DNA of 55,828 nucleotides from a virus (Duplodnaviria; Caudoviricetes): IMG/VR virus record IMGVR_UViG_3300044998_000776, positions 1 to 55,828 of that record; one strand, 5' to 3'. Shown piece by piece: positions 55,401 to 55,828 of this stretch (position 1 is its first letter; each line of letters starts with the position of its first letter). The notes under the pieces were generated by a model. It saw only the letters and a program-made list of their open reading frames with translations, ran no database searches and was not told where the DNA came from. The position numbers and the translations under genes were made by a program.

Positions 55401-55828
55401 TTTTGAATCCTTTCAAAATCGAGATCGTGCTTGGGGTCGAAAACGGGAGTCACGATGCATCCCGCCGCGCGGGCCGAAGCGATGCCGACGGCCGAATCCT
55501 CGAAAACAATAAGTCTTGCGGGGCTTGTGTTCATCATCGCAGCCACCGTCAAATACGGAGCGGGTGACGGCTTTTGCCATCGAACGTCTTCGTTCGAAAC
55601 GACCAGATCGAAATACTTGAGAAGATCGTAGCTTTCAAGGGCCGTTGTGCATGTCAATCTGATCGAATTGCTGCAAAGAGCCAATCCGAATCCTTGATCC
55701 TTGATATGAGCAAAGATGCTTTGCATCCACGGCACAGTAAGAGGAGCCGTAGGAATGCGGGCCACCGTCAATTCCTGCTTGTGAAAAGAGACCTTGAAGG
55801 CCTCATTTTCGTCTTTGATCAGCTTCAT
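55376..55828 (-). CDS. HAD phosphatase, 5' end probably outside the window
   Basis: LCSNSIR, SNEDV..KPSP, VFEDS.VG..SA..AG. Confidence 0.8.
   Translation of the reverse strand: MKLIKDENEAFKVSFHKQELTVARIPTAPLTVPWMQSIFAHIKDQGFGLALCSNSIRLTCTTALESYDLLKYFDLVVSNEDVRWQKPSPAPYLTVAAMMNTSPARLIVFEDSAVGIASARAAGCIVTPVFDPKHDLDFERIQKWLKYIVG

Noticed and set aside
1-55828. Genome-wide TAG reassignment (genetic code 15) suggested by the CUA tRNAs
   Set aside because: Long genes such as the 1156-, 980- and 959-aa ORFs contain no internal TAG, and several genes end at TAG where expected. Internal TAGs were found only in the leader and pth.

Overview
This window is part of a large myovirus-like (jumbo) phage genome read in the standard genetic code. 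About 1-10 kb and 14-16.5 kb form a glycan-modification cluster (glycosyltransferases, glf, ugd, HAD, 2OG-Fe(II) oxygenase) studded with mostly decayed homing endonucleases. About 16.8-42.2 kb holds a gp55-like late sigma factor and a baseplate/tail module containing three tandem paralog pairs. About 42.2-55.8 kb is a minus-strand accessory region with an RNA ligase, Thg1, a nucleotidyltransferase, a deaminase, a metallopeptidase and many small genes. The top finding is at 11775-12850: two tandem amber-suppressor tRNAs (anticodon CUA), then a leaderless uORF with two identical CTC-TAG-CTG amber codons placed before an RGPP arrest-like motif, an unknown gene, and a PTH2-type peptidyl-tRNA hydrolase with an in-frame TAG-CTG at codon 3. 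This looks like an amber-readthrough-gated translation-rescue circuit in a genome that is not otherwise recoded. The second finding is a UDP-glucose dehydrogenase split at its catalytic Cys by a naturally split intein, with a free-standing endonuclease between the halves. Also noted are a recurrent 7-bp tandem-duplication signature in pseudogenes, a NadM/NAMPT deletion scar, and leaderless promoters. All functional calls come from reading motifs by eye; no searches were run.
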